Translations under genes and position numbers: made by a program
Notes under the pieces: model-generated
Database searches by the model: none
Told to the model about the DNA's origin: nothing
What the model saw: the letters and a program-made list of their open reading frames with translations, nothing else
Origin: an uncultured Actinomycetes bacterium
Lineage (GTDB): Bacteria; Actinomycetota; Actinomycetes; Streptosporangiales; Streptosporangiaceae
NCBI GenBank assembly: GCA_963785765.1
Contig: CAWAWM010000009.1
Span: 46,281-110,280 of the forward strand
DNA: 64,000 nt
Direction of reading: 5' to 3'
Part shown: positions 62,493-64,000 of the stretch, piece by piece
Layout of the letters: each line of letters starts with the position of its first letter
Position numbering within the stretch: the first letter of the stretch is position 1

Positions 62493-63749
62493 CTAGCCTG
62501 ACTCCTGCGCCGCCGGGTCGTAGTAGTGGGCATACTGCCAGACGCCCCGGGTGACCAGCTCCGCATCGGTCAGCGCGCCGAACCTGCCCGGCGCCAGCGC
62601 CGCCAGCCCGGCCAGTCCCGCCAGCCCGGGCGGCGGCTCGGTGCCGGTGATCGAGGCGGCCAGCGCCTCGCCGATCGCCAGCGACGAGGAGAAGCCCGAT
62701 CCGTTACAGCCGCTCGCCACCCACAGCCCGGGCACGTCCGGCAGCTGGCCCGCCACGAACCGCCCGTCCGGGCTCATCGTGAACAGGCCGCCGCGCAGCT
62801 CGGCCACCTTAGCCTCGGCCGCCAGCGGGACCTCGATGGCCAGCTGCCCGGCCAGCCGCCGCAGCGCGCCCTCATCCAGCGGCACGTCGTCGGTGCTGAA
62901 GGAGGCCGGCTGGGTCCGCGGGTCGACCGGCAGCGGGTCGGCCTCGAAGCCGCCGACCATCAGGCCGCCGCGGGCCGGCCGCAGGTAGACGGCCGCATCG
63001 ACGACCCTGGTGATCGGGTCGGCCGGATTGATTTCGGCGGCTGGCTCGGTCACCAGCAGCTGATGCCGGACCGGCGCTACGGCGGCCAGGCCCCCGGCCA
63101 GCTCGGCGACCTGTCGCGTCCACGCGCCCGCGGCGTCCACGGCAACTTTCGCAGCGATGGACCTGGCCGTGGTCTCGACGCCCGCGACCTGGCCGCGTGC
63201 GGTCGTGACCGCGATCACAGGCTCGGACTCCAGCACCGTCACGCCGGCCAGCCGGCAGCCAGCCAGATAGGCCTCGATGAGGCCGGTGGGCTCGGCGATG
63301 TAGACGTCTTCGGGGCACCAGATCACCTGCTCACGGCCCGGGCCGCGGTTGCCGGAACCGCGGTAGTAGGAGACCCGGTCAGCCAGCTCGGCGGCCGGGA
63401 CCTCCCGGACGTCGGCGCCCCAGCCGCGCGACGCGGCCGCCTCCGTGCGCAGGTAGTCCCGGTGCTGCGGCGTGCGCGCCACCAGGAAGCTGCCGCAGCG
63501 GGCGACGTCGAGCGGTACCCCGGCCCAGTCGGCGAAGCTGACCGCCCGCGCGATGCTGCGCCGGGCCAGGATCGTCCGCACCTCGTCGGCCTGAACCGAC
63601 TTGAACAGCCCGGCCGCCCGGCCGGACGCCTGCGAGCCCGCCGTGTGCCGCTCAACCACCACCACCGACCGGCCGGCCAGCGCGCAGTGCAGCGCCGTAC
63701 TCAGCCCGAGCGCCCCGGCTCCGATCACCACGATGTCGGCCTTCATCAC
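62493..63749 (-). CDS. FAD-dependent oxidoreductase (DAO / glycine-sarcosine oxidase-like)
   Basis: 418 aa. ADIVVIGAGALGLSTALHCALAGRSVVVVE dinucleotide fold. Confidence 0.85.
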   Translation of the reverse strand: MMKADIVVIGAGALGLSTALHCALAGRSVVVVERHTAGSQASGRAAGLFKSVQADEVRTILARRSIARAVSFADWAGVPLDVARCGSFLVARTPQHRDYLRTEAAASRGWGADVREVPAAELADRVSYYRGSGNRGPGREQVIWCPEDVYIAEPTGLIEAYLAGCRLAGVTVLESEPVIAVTTARGQVAGVETTARSIAAKVAVDAAGAWTRQVAELAGGLAAVAPVRHQLLVTEPAAEINPADPITRVVDAAVYLRPARGGLMVGGFEADPLPVDPRTQPASFSTDDVPLDEGALRRLAGQLAIEVPLAAEAKVAELRGGLFTMSPDGRFVAGQLPDVPGLWVASGCNGSGFSSSLAIGEALAASITGTEPPPGLAGLAGLAALAPGRFGALTDAELVTRGVWQYAHYYDPAAQESG

Positions 63750-63787
63750 GCCAGTCTGCCCCAGCGGCTAGCCGGTCATCGCGGCGG

Positions 63788-64000
63788 TCACGGCCGTCCT
63801 AGCCGGACCGGACGGCCGCGACCGTCCGGCGGCTCGCCTGATGCCCGCGGCAGCCGCCACCCCAGGACCCGGCGCGCCTGGACGGTGGGCGGACCGAACA
63901 ACTCGGTCAGCACCCGTCCTAGCGCCGAGCGCCTGCGGGTGACCGCGACCACGGCGGCCGGCCGCCAGTACGTCACAGCATGACGAAGCCGGGTGATCCA
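63788..64000 (-). CDS. 3' end of an unidentified gene continuing beyond the window
   Basis: The frame stays open from the stop at 63788 to the window edge, with mostly G/C third positions. No motif recognised. Confidence 0.3.
   Translation of the reverse strand, partial: WITRLRHAVTYWRPAAVVAVTRRRSALGRVLTELFGPPTVQARRVLGWRLPRASGEPPDGRGRPVRLGRP

Noticed and set aside
1-64000. Mobile elements, prophage or integrative islands explaining the inserted gene sets
   Set aside because: I saw no integrase, transposase, recombinase, terminal inverted repeats, tRNA attachment site or phage structural genes. GC content and codon bias of the inserts look like the backbone.

Overview
Very GC-rich bacterial chromosomal DNA; third codon positions are almost all G/C. 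Gene content and order point to a filamentous, high-GC actinobacterium. The backbone is the conserved actinobacterial core block pepA-lpd-sucB/dlaT-(epimerase)-lipB-lipA-DUF4191-RDD-glnA-glnE-glnA2 ... panB ... map, an order known from Streptomyces and Mycobacterium. Several gene sets interrupt this backbone. (i) NUDIX, an archaeal/eukaryote-type HisRS and a SAM methyltransferase sit between lipB and lipA. (ii) nudC and an Lrp regulator sit between DUF4191 and RDD. (iii) A Zn-ribbon membrane protein, a Ser/Thr kinase, a secreted protein and an AlkD-like protein sit between glnA and glnE. (iv) An 11-kb sugar locus at 32.0-43.3 kb combines a secreted GH114-like endo-polygalactosaminidase, a GH4 glycosidase, an ABC importer and a SIS/kinase/aldolase tagatose-6-P route under a DeoR regulator. 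I read this as a candidate poly-galactosamine (galactosaminogalactan-type) utilisation system, and it is my top finding. (v) An MFS-TetR pair, a pair of double-YbjQ genes, an MMPL transporter and small regulators follow. (vi) At 59.1-62.4 kb there is a HAD-phosphatase/HerA-like P-loop ATPase fusion next to a stand-alone CBM48 glycogen-binding protein and a pseudo-receiver LuxR regulator; this is my second finding. I saw no rRNA, tRNA, CRISPR array, transposase or integrase. Other recurrent signals are a well-formed GlnR box upstream of glnA, many in-frame short tandem repeats inside unrelated proteins, four cases where the stop-codon-containing 3' end of a gene is tandemly reiterated downstream, and a 57-aa conserved-looking ORF missed by the 60-aa ORF track. 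All functional calls come from reading motifs in the translations; no database search was run.
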